A stretch of DNA of 57,788 nucleotides from Candidatus Sumerlaeaceae bacterium (GTDB taxonomy: Bacteria; Sumerlaeota; Sumerlaeia; Sumerlaeales; Sumerlaeaceae). Under the pieces are notes generated by a model that worked only from the letters and a program-made list of their open reading frames with translations, was not told the DNA's origin and made no database searches. The stretch covers positions 1-57,788 of the forward strand of contig JBPCLP010000015.1 of NCBI GenBank assembly GCA_051003195.1. The letters run 5' to 3'. Positions 18,368 through 29,184 of the stretch are shown here, one piece after another (position 1 is the stretch's first letter; each line of letters begins with the position of its first letter). Position numbers and translations under genes: made by a program.

Positions 18368-19498
18368 ATGTTCAAACGTGTATTAGTCACAGGCGGAGCC
18401 GGGTTCATTGGCAGTCACATGGTAGACCTGCTGCTTGAGCGCGGGTACAAGGTGCGCGTATTCGATAACCTTGAGCCACAGGTGCATGGCGAAATCAATG
18501 AACCGCCTGCATATCTAAGCCGTGACGCTGAGTTCATCCGCGGCGATGTGTTGGACCGAAACGCTGTCTCGAAAGCGCTTCAGGATGTCGACGCTGTCAT
18601 TCACGATGCAGCGATGGTTGGCGTTGGACAGAGCCAGTACCAGGTGCATCGCTATACAAATGTAAACACCACTGGTACCGCGCTGCTGCTGGATATCCTG
18701 GTGAACGAAAACACTGGTGTGGAGCGGCTGCTGGTTGCCAGCTCAATGAGCATCTATGGAGAAGGGGCGTATCGCCGGCCTTCTGATGGCGCAACGGTGG
18801 CGCCGCAGCTGCGTCCGGACGACCAGCTTGAATCGCGCGATTTTGAAATGCGCGATCCCGAAACAAACGAAGTTCTCGAGCCGGTCCCGACGCCCGAGAC
18901 AAAACCGCTTTATTGCACGAGTGTGTATGCGCTCAGCAAAAAAGACCAGGAAGAATACTGTTTGGTGGTGGGTCGTGCCCACAAGATGTCCACTGTAGCG
19001 TGCCGTTTCTTCAATGTCTATGGACCACGCCAGTCACTTTCGAACCCTTACACGGGTGCGGCGGCGATTTTTTCATCCCGGATTAAGAACGCCAAACGGC
19101 CCCTGATTTATGAAGATGGAAAACAATTGCGCGACTTTGTGAGCGTCAGGGACCTGGTGGAAGCCAAGCTATTCCTGCTGGAAAATCCAAAGGCCAACCT
19201 TGAAGCTTACAATATCTGCACCGGCACTCCCACATCCATTACCGGCATTGCCCGGTTGCTGGCCGAACTTAATGGGCGACCCGACCTGGAGCCTGATATT
19301 GTGCGGAGCTTCCGCAGCGGAGACATCCGCCATTGCTATGGCGATCCCTCCCGGTTGGCGGCTCTCGGCTGGAAGGCAAAAACGCAGCTAAAAGACGGGT
19401 TTAAGTGGCTTGTGGAATGGAGCAGCCAGCAGGACGCTGTTGATAACCTGGAGAAAGCGCACAAGGAACTAGTCGCAAAGGGCCTTGTACGCGAATAG
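18368..19498 (+). CDS. NAD-dependent epimerase/dehydratase (extended SDR)
   Basis: Motifs VLVTGGAGFIGSH, ASSMSIYG, YALSK and RFFNVYGPRQ. Confidence 0.93.
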   Translation: MFKRVLVTGGAGFIGSHMVDLLLERGYKVRVFDNLEPQVHGEINEPPAYLSRDAEFIRGDVLDRNAVSKALQDVDAVIHDAAMVGVGQSQYQVHRYTNVNTTGTALLLDILVNENTGVERLLVASSMSIYGEGAYRRPSDGATVAPQLRPDDQLESRDFEMRDPETNEVLEPVPTPETKPLYCTSVYALSKKDQEEYCLVVGRAHKMSTVACRFFNVYGPRQSLSNPYTGAAAIFSSRIKNAKRPLIYEDGKQLRDFVSVRDLVEAKLFLLENPKANLEAYNICTGTPTSITGIARLLAELNGRPDLEPDIVRSFRSGDIRHCYGDPSRLAALGWKAKTQLKDGFKWLVEWSSQQDAVDNLEKAHKELVAKGLVRE

Positions 19499-19510
19499 CT
19501 GCGTAATACG

Positions 19511-19789
19511 TTATCGCTGGCGCTCCACCTCATCAAATCCCAATGCGGTGTTTGCCTGCAGGATGTGGCCGTGCGTTTCCCAGATGTCCTGTATATGCTG
19601 TTCAATCTCTTCTTTGCGTCGTGCCGGGTCCGGGTAGGTTGGCGTTAACCTGATGCGCTGCAATCGTCCGTTCTCATCAACGACAAGGCGGTTCTTGTCA
19701 TCGCGTACTTCTGCCCACCACGTCACGACGACAGAACCCCCGCCCGAGACGTTGGAAATAATTGGAAATACATTCACCCTGGAACCCAT
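19511..19789 (-). CDS. Hypothetical protein (about 92 aa)
   Basis: Fills the intergenic gap; GAGGT precedes ATG 19789; no recognised motif. Confidence 0.55.
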   Translation of the reverse strand: MGSRVNVFPIISNVSGGGSVVVTWWAEVRDDKNRLVVDENGRLQRIRLTPTYPDPARRKEEIEQHIQDIWETHGHILQANTALGFDEVERQR

Positions 19790-19880
19790 GGCAAACCTCA
19801 ACCGAAGACTGACTGGAAAGAAGAGTCCCAGCCCCAGAGGCGTTTAGTCAAGAAAAGCCGTAAAGGGATACGCGACAATA

Positions 19881-21905
19881 TCAACGGGGTAGACGCACGG
19901 AGAACTTGCTGCCTTTTCCTGGCTCACTTTCGACCGCAATGCTTCCGCCCATTCGTTCGGTAAGCAGACGGCTGATCGCCAAACCCAGGCCCGCACCACC
20001 GTATTTTCGAGTGTAACTCGCGTCCAGTTGCTCAAATTTCTGGAATAGCTTTCCGAGCTGCTCCCCGGGGATTCCGATACCGGTGTCCTCGATGACAAAA
20101 CAATACCATTGCGCTCCATCCGCGCCTTTTTCGCCTGAACATGAGATGCGAATCTCTCCTGCATGGGTAAACTTCGCGGCGTTCGATAGCAGGTTAATCA
20201 AAACCTGCCTTACGCGTGTCTGATCACCACGCATGACCGCTCCTTCACAGGCTATGTTCACATGAAGCTGGACTCTGCTTTTTTCCAATTGCGGCAACAC
20301 AGTCGAGACGGCCTCGTGCACGACCCCATCAACTGTAAACTCCTCTGAGACGAGCTCGAGTTTGCCCGCTTCGATTTTGGAAACGTCCAGGATGTCCGAA
20401 ATAACTGCCAGCAGGTGGTCTCCAGCAGCCAGGATTTTATCCAGATCCGCCTTAAAATGCGCGACTCCCTCTTCCTGTACCTCCTCGGAAATCATTTCGG
20501 CGTATCCGATGATGGCGTTCAACGGTGATCGCAGCTCGTGGCTCATCGTCGCAAGAAATTGCGTTTTTGCCTGGCTTGCCTCCACCGCTTCGTCGCGCGC
20601 GCGTTCCAGCTCAATATTTACGCGCCGAACTTCCTCCTCGGCCGCGTGGCGCTGTGTCACATCGACCATTGAACCGATCATGCGGACTGCATTGCCGTTG
20701 CTGTCACGCAGCACATTTCCACGGTTAAACACCTGCGCGTAGGTTCCGTCTGCACGCCGGAACCTGTATTCGTCGGTCCACGAACGTCCCCCACTCTCAA
20801 CCACTGCCTGGACGCCCGCTCTTACACGCTCACGATCTTCGGGATGCACCTGATCCTGCCAGAACTTTACATCAGCATGGAGATCTGCCACAGTATAGCC
20901 GAAGACCGAACGCAGCGCATCGTTCCACAGGACCGTCGCCTCCTCCATGTTCAGGTCCCATATGACATCATTTGTCGCCTGCGCAACCAGCCTGAACCGT
21001 TCTTCGCTTTCACGAAGCGCGTCCTGGGCGCGTTTGGATTCGGTGAGATCGCGGGCGATCTTGGAAAAACCACGCAAGTTGCCTGACTCGTCCCGCAGTG
21101 CCGTTGTGACGCCGGAAGCGTAGAAGCGTGAGCCATCCTTGCGAGCGTGCCACCGTTCGTCTTCGGCCCGTCCCGCAGCGACAGCGTTGCGTAATTCCTG
21201 CTGGGGGATTCCGCGTTCGCGGTCCTCCGGAACAAATAAAATATCCACAGGCTGCCCAACGATCTCATCTGACCGATAGCCGAATATACGTTCGGCGCCC
21301 GTACTCCAATCCAGCACGTTGCCATCCACATCGGTTGTAAAGATTGCATGGTCTTTTACATTTTCCAGCATCAGGCGCAGCCGCTCCTGGGCTTCGCCAA
21401 GCGCTTCGGTTTTCTCCGCCAGGAGTTGCCGCAACTCCGCGTTGAGCCGGCGCACTTCCTCCTGGTATCGATAGAGATCGGCGAATGCCTTAACCTTGGA
21501 GCGCAAAATTGCCGGGACGATAGGCTTCTGTATGAAATCCATGGCGCCCACGCCGTAGCATTCAATGAGCCGTTCGTCGTCCATGCGCCCGGCAGTCACG
21601 AAGATGATCGGAACCTGGCGCTGCCAGCCACCCCGGCCGCGCATCCGGCGTGCTGTCTCGCAACCATCCAGGCCAGGCATGTGGACATCGAGTAATACAC
21701 AGGCATAATCACGTTCCTGAACGTGTGCAATTGCCTCTTCGCCGGAGCTGGCCCTTACCAGTTCCTCGCCCAACGGCTCCAGTACTACTTCAAGCGCGAG
21801 CAAGTTCGCCGGGAGATCATCCACTATAAGTATGGGAACTGAGGTTCTCAAGCTCACGAAGGGCTTGGTGTGGCAAGTACCACGCCCGCGCAAGCGGCAA
21901 ATCAC
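19881..21905 (-). CDS. Sensor histidine kinase: N-terminal receiver, two PAS domains, HisKA, HATPase
   Basis: ILIVDD...LLDVHMP...KP receiver; two PAS/PAC domains; MSHELRSPLN; NLLSNAAKFT; DTGIG; GAGLGL. True start is probably a little downstream (for example GTG 21857). Confidence 0.93.
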   Translation of the reverse strand: MICRLRGRGTCHTKPFVSLRTSVPILIVDDLPANLLALEVVLEPLGEELVRASSGEEAIAHVQERDYACVLLDVHMPGLDGCETARRMRGRGGWQRQVPIIFVTAGRMDDERLIECYGVGAMDFIQKPIVPAILRSKVKAFADLYRYQEEVRRLNAELRQLLAEKTEALGEAQERLRLMLENVKDHAIFTTDVDGNVLDWSTGAERIFGYRSDEIVGQPVDILFVPEDRERGIPQQELRNAVAAGRAEDERWHARKDGSRFYASGVTTALRDESGNLRGFSKIARDLTESKRAQDALRESEERFRLVAQATNDVIWDLNMEEATVLWNDALRSVFGYTVADLHADVKFWQDQVHPEDRERVRAGVQAVVESGGRSWTDEYRFRRADGTYAQVFNRGNVLRDSNGNAVRMIGSMVDVTQRHAAEEEVRRVNIELERARDEAVEASQAKTQFLATMSHELRSPLNAIIGYAEMISEEVQEEGVAHFKADLDKILAAGDHLLAVISDILDVSKIEAGKLELVSEEFTVDGVVHEAVSTVLPQLEKSRVQLHVNIACEGAVMRGDQTRVRQVLINLLSNAAKFTHAGEIRISCSGEKGADGAQWYCFVIEDTGIGIPGEQLGKLFQKFEQLDASYTRKYGGAGLGLAISRLLTERMGGSIAVESEPGKGSKFSVRLPR

Positions 21906-21984
21906 GGGTTACGCCTGTGTTCCAAATACCGCCATGCCCAGCTTTGGAAACAAACTCCCGACGTTCAAATGTTGCGGGTTCGGG

Positions 21985-22803
21985 CTATTTCAGCGGCAAT
22001 AGTACATTCGCGCCGCCCTCGCCAACGACAACGGACTGCGGTGACTTGCCATCCCATTTCTTGGCGATCTCGAGCAGGATGACTTGTGGTGCCGACGTGA
22101 TCGCTTCGCCTTTGATCCGTACCCCCTCGGCTTCCGCCTTGGCATTCACGATGGTGATCTCTGCGTCCTTCTCCGCCTTTTCGAGCTCGAAACGTTTAGC
22201 CAACGCCTCCTGCTCTCGAATGACCTTCTGCTCAATCGCCGCTTCGAGCTGGTCGCTAAGGTCCAGATTTGTAATGGTGATATCCACAATGTTTATCAAT
22301 TGCCCCAAGCCCTCCGTCACACTGGCCACTAGTTTACTCTTCACTTCCTCACGTTTTTTTACGAGGTCTTCGGCCCGATAGGTCGCGGTGATCTGCTTGA
22401 GCCGTTCCTGGATGCGAGGCTCAACCAGTGTATCGTAGGGGTCTCCGCTGTACTGCGTGGTTAAATCCACCACCTTGTCTTCCGGGATTCTATACAATAC
22501 GTTATAGTCGATGGAGATGCTTTGGAGGTCGCTTGAAAACACCTCGGCCTTGCTCTTGGTAGTGAGCTGCTTCACGGGCACGTCTTTGACCGTTGTAACG
22601 ATTGGAAGCTTCCAGGTAAGGCCTTCCGGCATATGACCTGTATGCACGCGCCCCAGAGTCACCTTCACACCGCGATGGCCCGGCGGAACGATATGAAAAC
22701 TTGTCGTAGCGACCATAATAAGTGCCAGCAGCCCGACCATTATTGCAAACGCCGAGCATCCCACTTTCGGGCTCACATCTACAACCCTTGGATTGTGCGG
22801 CAT
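21985..22803 (-). CDS. Prohibitin/SPFH (band 7) family membrane protein
   Basis: N-terminal TM helix, VPPGHRGV, AIEQK, AEAE-type coiled coil and KKWDG. GGAG RBS. Confidence 0.9.
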   Translation of the reverse strand: MPHNPRVVDVSPKVGCSAFAIMVGLLALIMVATTSFHIVPPGHRGVKVTLGRVHTGHMPEGLTWKLPIVTTVKDVPVKQLTTKSKAEVFSSDLQSISIDYNVLYRIPEDKVVDLTTQYSGDPYDTLVEPRIQERLKQITATYRAEDLVKKREEVKSKLVASVTEGLGQLINIVDITITNLDLSDQLEAAIEQKVIREQEALAKRFELEKAEKDAEITIVNAKAEAEGVRIKGEAITSAPQVILLEIAKKWDGKSPQSVVVGEGGANVLLPLK

Positions 22804-22892
22804 GATGACTCCTCCTGCGCATTACGTTTTAGTGACGCCATACGCTTGCCGGTCATTAAACATGACGCAAGCGCATTCGGAAGTCGGAGGAA

Positions 22893-22969
22893 TGGTGGGC
22901 GATACTGGGATCGAACCAGTGACCTCCACGATGTCAACGTGGCACTCTAACCAGCTGAGCTAATCGCCC
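22893..22969 (-). tRNA. tRNA-Val (anticodon GAC)
   Basis: Reverse complement GGGCGATTAGCTCAGCTGGTTAGAGTGCCACGTTGACATCGTGGAGGTCACTGGTTCGATCCCAGTATCGCCCACCA; 77 nt. Confidence 0.97.
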
Positions 22970-23105
22970 GTCCACGCAATGTTGCACGATCCGCAACATG
23001 CAGGCTGGTATTATTGAGCAGCGCGGGACCTATTCATGGCGTGCTGTTGAGAAGCCGGCTTGTCTGCGATAGTGGCATGGTCTGAGGGACTACAATACTG
23101 GTTGC

Positions 23106-23252
23106 GGCATCCCGACATCTTGCGCTAAAGTACAGACAGGCGATGACCTGATCCGCATGCTGCATCGTACGGATAGTGCGCTCTACCGTGCTAAAGCCAA
23201 AGGTCGTAACCGGGTTGAAATCCAGGACTACAACGAAACGATCGCGCCCTGA
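23106..23252 (+). pseudogene. C-terminal remnant of a GGDEF diguanylate cyclase gene
   Basis: Frame reads ...QTGDDLIRMLHRTDSALYRAKAKGRNRVEIQ...*, matching the GGDEF C-terminal signature. In-frame TAG at 23070; no GGDEF active-site motif present. Confidence 0.7.
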
Positions 23253-25064
23253 TTACTTCTCAATCGCAGCAGGCTGTGCGTTAATCTCTTTAATAATGGC
23301 GGGATCGAACTTCGGTTTTCGGTCGTATGTATACAGGCCATTCTGCTCCTGCTCCACGTCGGTCAACTGGGTATAGCAGAAAGCAAACATCTTTGGATGT
23401 CCAAGCAGATACTCTGTAAGCTTGCGATAGCGTGTCAGCATCTCTTCCGCGCTCTTCGGTCGCTCACCGTATCCCCATGAGTCCTTTGCTTCCTTGTCCA
23501 GCGACCACCAGATACCGCCGTATTCGCTCACAAAGTATGGCTGGCCAGCGTACGGAATATCATGCTGAGGCTGATTGCGAAACGGTTCTCCGGTCGTTTT
23601 AAAATCCTCGTATTTAGACGCAAGTTTCGCGGGATCCTGTTCATAATCGTGTACGTCGTAAATGTCCGTCTCGACATGCACATATCCGCTTGTGTCGATC
23701 ACCGGCCGTGTCGGATCAATGGCCTTGGTTACGCGGAATACTGTTCGCAACAATTCCGAGATCTGGTTGGCAGGCGTCTCATTGAATGGACACCATCCCA
23801 CAATCGCGGGATGGTTGAAATCCCGTTCGACTGCTTCCAGCCACTCGGGCAGCACACGCTCAAGCGCCTGCACGTTTGCGTGGTCAATGCCCCAACTGGG
23901 GTATTCCCCCCACACCATGTACCCCAGCTTATCAGCCCAGTAGAGCAGCCGCGGCTCGAAAACCTTCTGGTGCAGCCGCGCGCCATTAAATCCCATTGCG
24001 AGCGCCAGCTCAACATCCTTCCTTAGCGCCTCGTCGCTGGGTGCCGTGTAGATTCCATCGGGGTAAAAGCCCTGGTCGAGAACCAGGCGCTGGAAGACCG
24101 ATTTCCCGTTAATCAGTACCCGATGTCCGTCTATGCGGATGTCTCGCATGCCGAAGTAACTGCGAACCTTGTCGGGCGTCTGGCCATTGCCAGCCTTGGA
24201 AAGCGTGAACTCCACATCGTAAAGAAATGGCTTACCCGGTTCCCACAATATGATCTCCGGAAGTTGCACCTGCAATTCTGTCTGGGCATGTGCCATAGCT
24301 TCCGCGGTCGCTATGGGCTTACCCTCAGAGCTCACGACTGCCGTGATCCTTCCGCCTCCAGTTGCGCCATTGAGTTTCGCTCGGAATGCTACGCGCTTCT
24401 GTTCAGGGTTCGGAAAACATTTGATGGATTCAATATAGCTCTGCGGCACCGCTTCGAGCCAGACGGTTTGCCAGATGCCAGTTGTCCGCGTATATAAACA
24501 GCCGAAGGACTTAAACTGTGGGCATTGCTTACCCTTGGGAACAAGCGGACTGCGGGTATCGTCCACGGCGCGTACGACAATCGTGTTATCCCCACCCCGC
24601 AGTTGCGGCGTGATATCGAATTTAAATGCGGTGTACCCGCCGCGGTGGGTTCCAGCGCGTTTGCCATTTACCCACACGGTCGCGTCGTAATCGCATGCAC
24701 CAATGTGCAGCAGTACTCGTTTTCCATTCCACTCCTCTGGAACGCGGACGATGCGACGATACCAGACGGCCGGCATAAAATCTTTGTTATTGATACCGGA
24801 CAGCTCGCTCTCCGGGCAGAAAGGTACCGTGATGCTACGCGACAATGCTGTATCACCACTGTGCAGCCCACGGTCTTCGCCTGAGAGTCCTGCATCAATC
24901 TCAAATTCCCATGCGCCATTCAGGTTGATCCAGGCATCGCGAACAAAATCCGGACGCGGGTGCTCGGGCCGCGGCATTGAAGCTCCGGACGTTATTGCAG
25001 AATTGAGCATCAGACATCCAATCAAAAGATTCGCAGCAGGTAAAAGCCGCTTTACGTTAGCCAT
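23253..25064 (-). CDS. Glycoside hydrolase family 2 (beta-galactosidase/beta-glucuronidase-like)
   Basis: Motifs PRPEHPRP, NLNGAWEF, VPFCPES, TGIWQTVWLE, LDQGFYP, WCPFNE (acid/base) and SEYGG (nucleophile). Start uncertain. Confidence 0.92.
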   Translation of the reverse strand: MANVKRLLPAANLLIGCLMLNSAITSGASMPRPEHPRPDFVRDAWINLNGAWEFEIDAGLSGEDRGLHSGDTALSRSITVPFCPESELSGINNKDFMPAVWYRRIVRVPEEWNGKRVLLHIGACDYDATVWVNGKRAGTHRGGYTAFKFDITPQLRGGDNTIVVRAVDDTRSPLVPKGKQCPQFKSFGCLYTRTTGIWQTVWLEAVPQSYIESIKCFPNPEQKRVAFRAKLNGATGGGRITAVVSSEGKPIATAEAMAHAQTELQVQLPEIILWEPGKPFLYDVEFTLSKAGNGQTPDKVRSYFGMRDIRIDGHRVLINGKSVFQRLVLDQGFYPDGIYTAPSDEALRKDVELALAMGFNGARLHQKVFEPRLLYWADKLGYMVWGEYPSWGIDHANVQALERVLPEWLEAVERDFNHPAIVGWCPFNETPANQISELLRTVFRVTKAIDPTRPVIDTSGYVHVETDIYDVHDYEQDPAKLASKYEDFKTTGEPFRNQPQHDIPYAGQPYFVSEYGGIWWSLDKEAKDSWGYGERPKSAEEMLTRYRKLTEYLLGHPKMFAFCYTQLTDVEQEQNGLYTYDRKPKFDPAIIKEINAQPAAIEK

Positions 25065-25142
25065 AATTGCCGCAGTGGTGGAAGCGGATTGGAACAGTTC
25101 AACAAAAAGCGACAACAGATCATTTCTGACTGCGTGAAAGCC

Positions 25143-25577
25143 ATGACAAAAAAGAAATCGAACGTGTTATTTGTCTGCGTGGAAAATTCTAATCGATCCC
25201 AGATGGCGGAGGCGTTCGCGCGGATGCATGGCGATGCGGACGTCACAACATGGAGTTCGGGGTCCCGGCCGTCAGGTATGATAAACCCAAGGGCTGTTGC
25301 TGCGATGGCAGAGTTGAGTTATGACCTCAGCCAGCACCGATCAAAGGCGTTGAACGATTTACCGCAGGATATAGAGTGGGACTATGTTGTTACCATGGGA
25401 TGCGGCGATGAGTGTCCATTTCTTCGTGCCGTTCATCGCGAAGACTGGGCACTGCCAGACCCTCGACATATGGAGCGAGAGCAGTTTAACATTGTACGTG
25501 ATGAGATCGAGCGCCGGGTTAAACAATTACTCGATCGCGTGCAGGATGAAAAGGACCGGCCAACCGCAGGCGACTAA
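25143..25577 (+). CDS. arsC: Arsenate reductase, low-molecular-weight phosphatase family
   Basis: VLFVCVENSNRSQMAE P-loop (CX5R), TMGCGDECP, DWALPDP and RDEI. Confidence 0.85.
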   Translation: MTKKKSNVLFVCVENSNRSQMAEAFARMHGDADVTTWSSGSRPSGMINPRAVAAMAELSYDLSQHRSKALNDLPQDIEWDYVVTMGCGDECPFLRAVHREDWALPDPRHMEREQFNIVRDEIERRVKQLLDRVQDEKDRPTAGD

Positions 25578-25686
25578 TTCACTCAGAGCTATCATTAATC
25601 GCCCCACTGTCCATCGGTACTGGACATCATCCGAAAACTATGGCTGTTAAGCGCGTGCGAATTATACAGGCTCCACACCCGAAACC

Positions 25687-28600
25687 ATGCTAAAACTGAT
25701 CTGCGGCCCGGCAGCGCCGGAAATGCGACGGCTGCTGGTGGAGAGCTTCCTGGAGTCACGAGGTAGCGACGGTACCATATTTATTGTGCCTGATGACCAT
25801 TTCGCGCAGGCGCGGCGCCAGTGCTGGTCGGCACAAGCAGGGGCACTTCACACCGGTGCAATTGTGAGTCTGCCGGAATTGTCGCAACGAATACAGGAAT
25901 CAGCACAGAACAATAATACTCAGAACACCCTCGAAAATGTAAACCGCCCTGACGCTGGCGAATGGTTTGGCGAGCAGGAGTTTTCCCTGGATTCGCAGTT
26001 CTGCGCCAGATGCATTATAGAGCCGGCGGAGCGGCTTGCGATCATGCGGCAGATAATTCTAGGCGCACCGGCGCAGTTCGACCAGCTGGTCGGTGAGAAG
26101 TCTGCCCCACACCTCACACATGGCGTGCTTCAGCGGATCGCAGACGCAGTAGCTCGGGTGGTGGATCGTGACAACGCAATGGACGAAGCAGGTCACAGCG
26201 AAACACAACGTGAAAGCGCACGGTTGCGTCAGCTGCGCGATCTTTCCCGATTGTACGAGCAACGATTGGAGAGTGCTGGTGCGATTGAATCGCGCACCGC
26301 CCTTCGGCAAAGCTGGACCATGCTTACAATCGAGTCACTCGAGCAACTGCTGCCGGGACATAAGCGGATTGTGCTGGATGCGTTCGATGCCATCGACGAT
26401 GTTTCTATTCTCGCCGTGCGACGGTTGCGCGACATAGCGAAGGATACGTTGGTGCTGCTGGATTATGATCCCGAAGTCGACGCTGATCGATACAGTCACC
26501 TCAATTCGGCATATGAGCGTCTTTATGATTTGTCAGATGGCGTGGTGCTTGATCCATCGGCATTTGAATCAGTCCTTGGCGCGGACAGTCCCGCGACCGC
26601 GACAGGTCAGGCTGCCCGTCAGATTGTCGATGTTCCGACGCGCACTGCGGAAGTACAGTTGATCGCGCAGTTTCTACGGTCCCAACTCGACGAGGCGAGT
26701 GCGGGAGATAAAAGCCGGACGTTCGCCTATCACGATTACACAATCTGCTTTCCTGCGCTCCAAACGTACGCTCCGCTGGTGCGCGAGATGTTTGCCGAGT
26801 ACGGATTGCCATGCACGATTCATCAAAGTGAGCCGGTTTTGAATCAACCGATCGCGGTCCTGCTGGAAGCACTCCGCAATGCCCTCGTGGAAAGATTGTC
26901 TTTAGTAAGCCTGCGCAATCTTTTGAAATGTCGATTGTTAGCCGCGGTGTTAACACAGCACGGGATATTGGCGTCAGTGGATACATTGTTGCAGGCGCAA
27001 CTCCTTGAACGCCTGCGTCGCGAAGAGGGTGTGAACTCGGCTGGCAGATACCTTATTGTAGACATTCGGCGGATCATAAGCAAGGAAGGTGACTACCTTA
27101 GCGCATTGCAATTCAGCGGGGTCGATACGGAAGACGAGCATCCAAAATGTTCGCTGCTGCGCGACAAGATTGATGCATATCGGTTGTTGGAGCACACCTT
27201 AAGCGCGGTGCTTCAACTGCTGCAGCAAATGAACGAACGCCGCAGTTTGTCGGAATGGCGTGATCAGCTGAGCCTTCTTCTGGACCAGTGCATGGCCTTT
27301 GTAACGATCGGCGTTGGCAATGGGGAGACTCATGGTCCATGCATTTGCCTCCCGCCAGGCGAATGCGCCCGGATTACTTCTGCGCATTTGATAATTTCGC
27401 AATCGGCCCAACGGCTGGTCGACTGCGGCGGCGTGTTTGATGCTGGATCCATTGAGTATCCACGATTTCTCAGCATGTTGCGGGTCCTGCTGCGTGGCAT
27501 AAAACTGCCGCCGGACCTGCCGACGCAGCAGGGCTTTACGGTTGGAGGTGTTCTTCCATCACGCGGACGTGATCCGAAAGTCGTGATTCTCGGCGGTCTG
27601 GTCGATGGCGACTTTCCTAAATACCTCAACCGCGAGGCACGACTGGAGGACGAACCGCCGGGGCGTCTCGACCAGGCGCAGAACATCGCGCGGCAACGAT
27701 TTCAATTCGACGCACTGTTACGCAATGCGAGCGAACGTGTCATCCTGTTCGTGCCGCGGGCGGACTCCAACAGTGAACTCCTGGAGTCGCAGTTCGTGGA
27801 AGAGCTGGAACTGGAGAGTGACGGCACGACTGTCAAAAACCCAGCGGAGCAGTTTTTGGCGTCTTTGCGAGCGCGATCCGCTTCTGCCGGTGAAGCTCTT
27901 GATGATTTCGCCGTCGCAATTCGGGACGACCGCCCATGTTTCGATCCGGTCAGCAGTGTCGCTGCATTGTTGTCCCGGGGCCTGTCGCCAGATGAACGTC
28001 GCATTCTTGAAAACATCACGCATAACGTGACCGCGCAGGACGACCGCCATAGGATCGATGCACTGGGTAACTTTGATGGGTTCATCTATGATCCAGTTCT
28101 GCTGACCTATCTCCAGAAACGGATCGAGCAGCACATCCACTCTGTTTCGCAACTGGATGTGTTGGTTCAATGCCCATTCAGATACTTTGTGGAGCATGTG
28201 CTGGAGGTGCGCGAGCTGCAGGAGAAGGAGGAAGGCACTGCGCCTCGCAGAATGGGTGAGCTGGTACATACGATCCTGGCCAGGTTCTACAGTGAGTGGG
28301 TTCGGTCGGGCCGAGGCGCAATCGATGTGCACGCACGCGCAGAGGCGGGACCCATTCTTGCAAGCCATGCACAGGCGGAACTGGCAACGGCCGGCCTCTC
28401 TCCCTTTGAGCGAGATGCATTGCTGTTCCGACTGTTTGGCTCGGAGGGCGTTGCGGGATTGCAGGGCACAACCGAAGCGATTGCATCCGCTCCCCTGTGG
28501 GGGGTGCGTGACTATCCTGGCGTGCTTCCAGCTTTCCTGGACCTGGAGGTGGAGCGCGCCGCAAATGCGCGAGATGGGCTTCTACGCCCGAGTTACTTCG

Positions 28601-29184
28601 AACTCGGCTTCGGTCTCCCGAAAAGACATCAAGACGGGAGCGACGATTTTTCCTCGCCTCAACCAGTGGAACTCGCACTGGACAACAAAGAGAAAATCCG
28701 GCTGCGCGGCCGGTCAGACCGTGTCGATGTTGGTGATGGCAGGTTTGTGATCGTCGATTACAAAACCGGTGCATCGCCCACCATTGTTGCGCAGCAGCAG
28801 GGCTACAAGGTGCAGCTACCAGTCTACCTGATGGCTATCGAACAGGTTCTGACTCATCATGGCAGTCCGTTGCAACCTGCCGGTGGAATGTTCATTTCGA
28901 TTTCGCCTGTAAAAGCCAGGGTGGAGGGACAGTTTTTTCGAAAGCAGTACCTCGCCGCCGCAGGGCTGGCAGGTAAGCGCGGCATGAGCGAGGAGGACTT
29001 CGAAGAGTCAATGGAGCTGGTACGACATCGAATCACTGACGGCTTGCGGCGAATACGTTCCGGAAAGTTCCACGTTACAATGGCCGGTGAAAAGATCGCA
29101 TGCGCCCTATGTGGAAACGCGCGCATTTGCCGAAAAGACCTGTCGCGCGCAAAGCGCCTTGTTCCTCTGGTGTGTGGTTCGTGA
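25687..29184 (+). CDS. AddB/RexB-like protein: degenerate helicase scaffold plus PD-(D/E)XK nuclease with Fe-S cysteines
   Basis: Motifs SVSQLD...QCPFRYF, GELVH, GRSDRVD, IVDYKTG, QLPVY and CALC...IC. No intact Walker A. Confidence 0.82.
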   Translation: MLKLICGPAAPEMRRLLVESFLESRGSDGTIFIVPDDHFAQARRQCWSAQAGALHTGAIVSLPELSQRIQESAQNNNTQNTLENVNRPDAGEWFGEQEFSLDSQFCARCIIEPAERLAIMRQIILGAPAQFDQLVGEKSAPHLTHGVLQRIADAVARVVDRDNAMDEAGHSETQRESARLRQLRDLSRLYEQRLESAGAIESRTALRQSWTMLTIESLEQLLPGHKRIVLDAFDAIDDVSILAVRRLRDIAKDTLVLLDYDPEVDADRYSHLNSAYERLYDLSDGVVLDPSAFESVLGADSPATATGQAARQIVDVPTRTAEVQLIAQFLRSQLDEASAGDKSRTFAYHDYTICFPALQTYAPLVREMFAEYGLPCTIHQSEPVLNQPIAVLLEALRNALVERLSLVSLRNLLKCRLLAAVLTQHGILASVDTLLQAQLLERLRREEGVNSAGRYLIVDIRRIISKEGDYLSALQFSGVDTEDEHPKCSLLRDKIDAYRLLEHTLSAVLQLLQQMNERRSLSEWRDQLSLLLDQCMAFVTIGVGNGETHGPCICLPPGECARITSAHLIISQSAQRLVDCGGVFDAGSIEYPRFLSMLRVLLRGIKLPPDLPTQQGFTVGGVLPSRGRDPKVVILGGLVDGDFPKYLNREARLEDEPPGRLDQAQNIARQRFQFDALLRNASERVILFVPRADSNSELLESQFVEELELESDGTTVKNPAEQFLASLRARSASAGEALDDFAVAIRDDRPCFDPVSSVAALLSRGLSPDERRILENITHNVTAQDDRHRIDALGNFDGFIYDPVLLTYLQKRIEQHIHSVSQLDVLVQCPFRYFVEHVLEVRELQEKEEGTAPRRMGELVHTILARFYSEWVRSGRGAIDVHARAEAGPILASHAQAELATAGLSPFERDALLFRLFGSEGVAGLQGTTEAIASAPLWGVRDYPGVLPAFLDLEVERAANARDGLLRPSYFELGFGLPKRHQDGSDDFSSPQPVELALDNKEKIRLRGRSDRVDVGDGRFVIVDYKTGASPTIVAQQQGYKVQLPVYLMAIEQVLTHHGSPLQPAGGMFISISPVKARVEGQFFRKQYLAAAGLAGKRGMSEEDFEESMELVRHRITDGLRRIRSGKFHVTMAGEKIACALCGNARICRKDLSRAKRLVPLVCGS

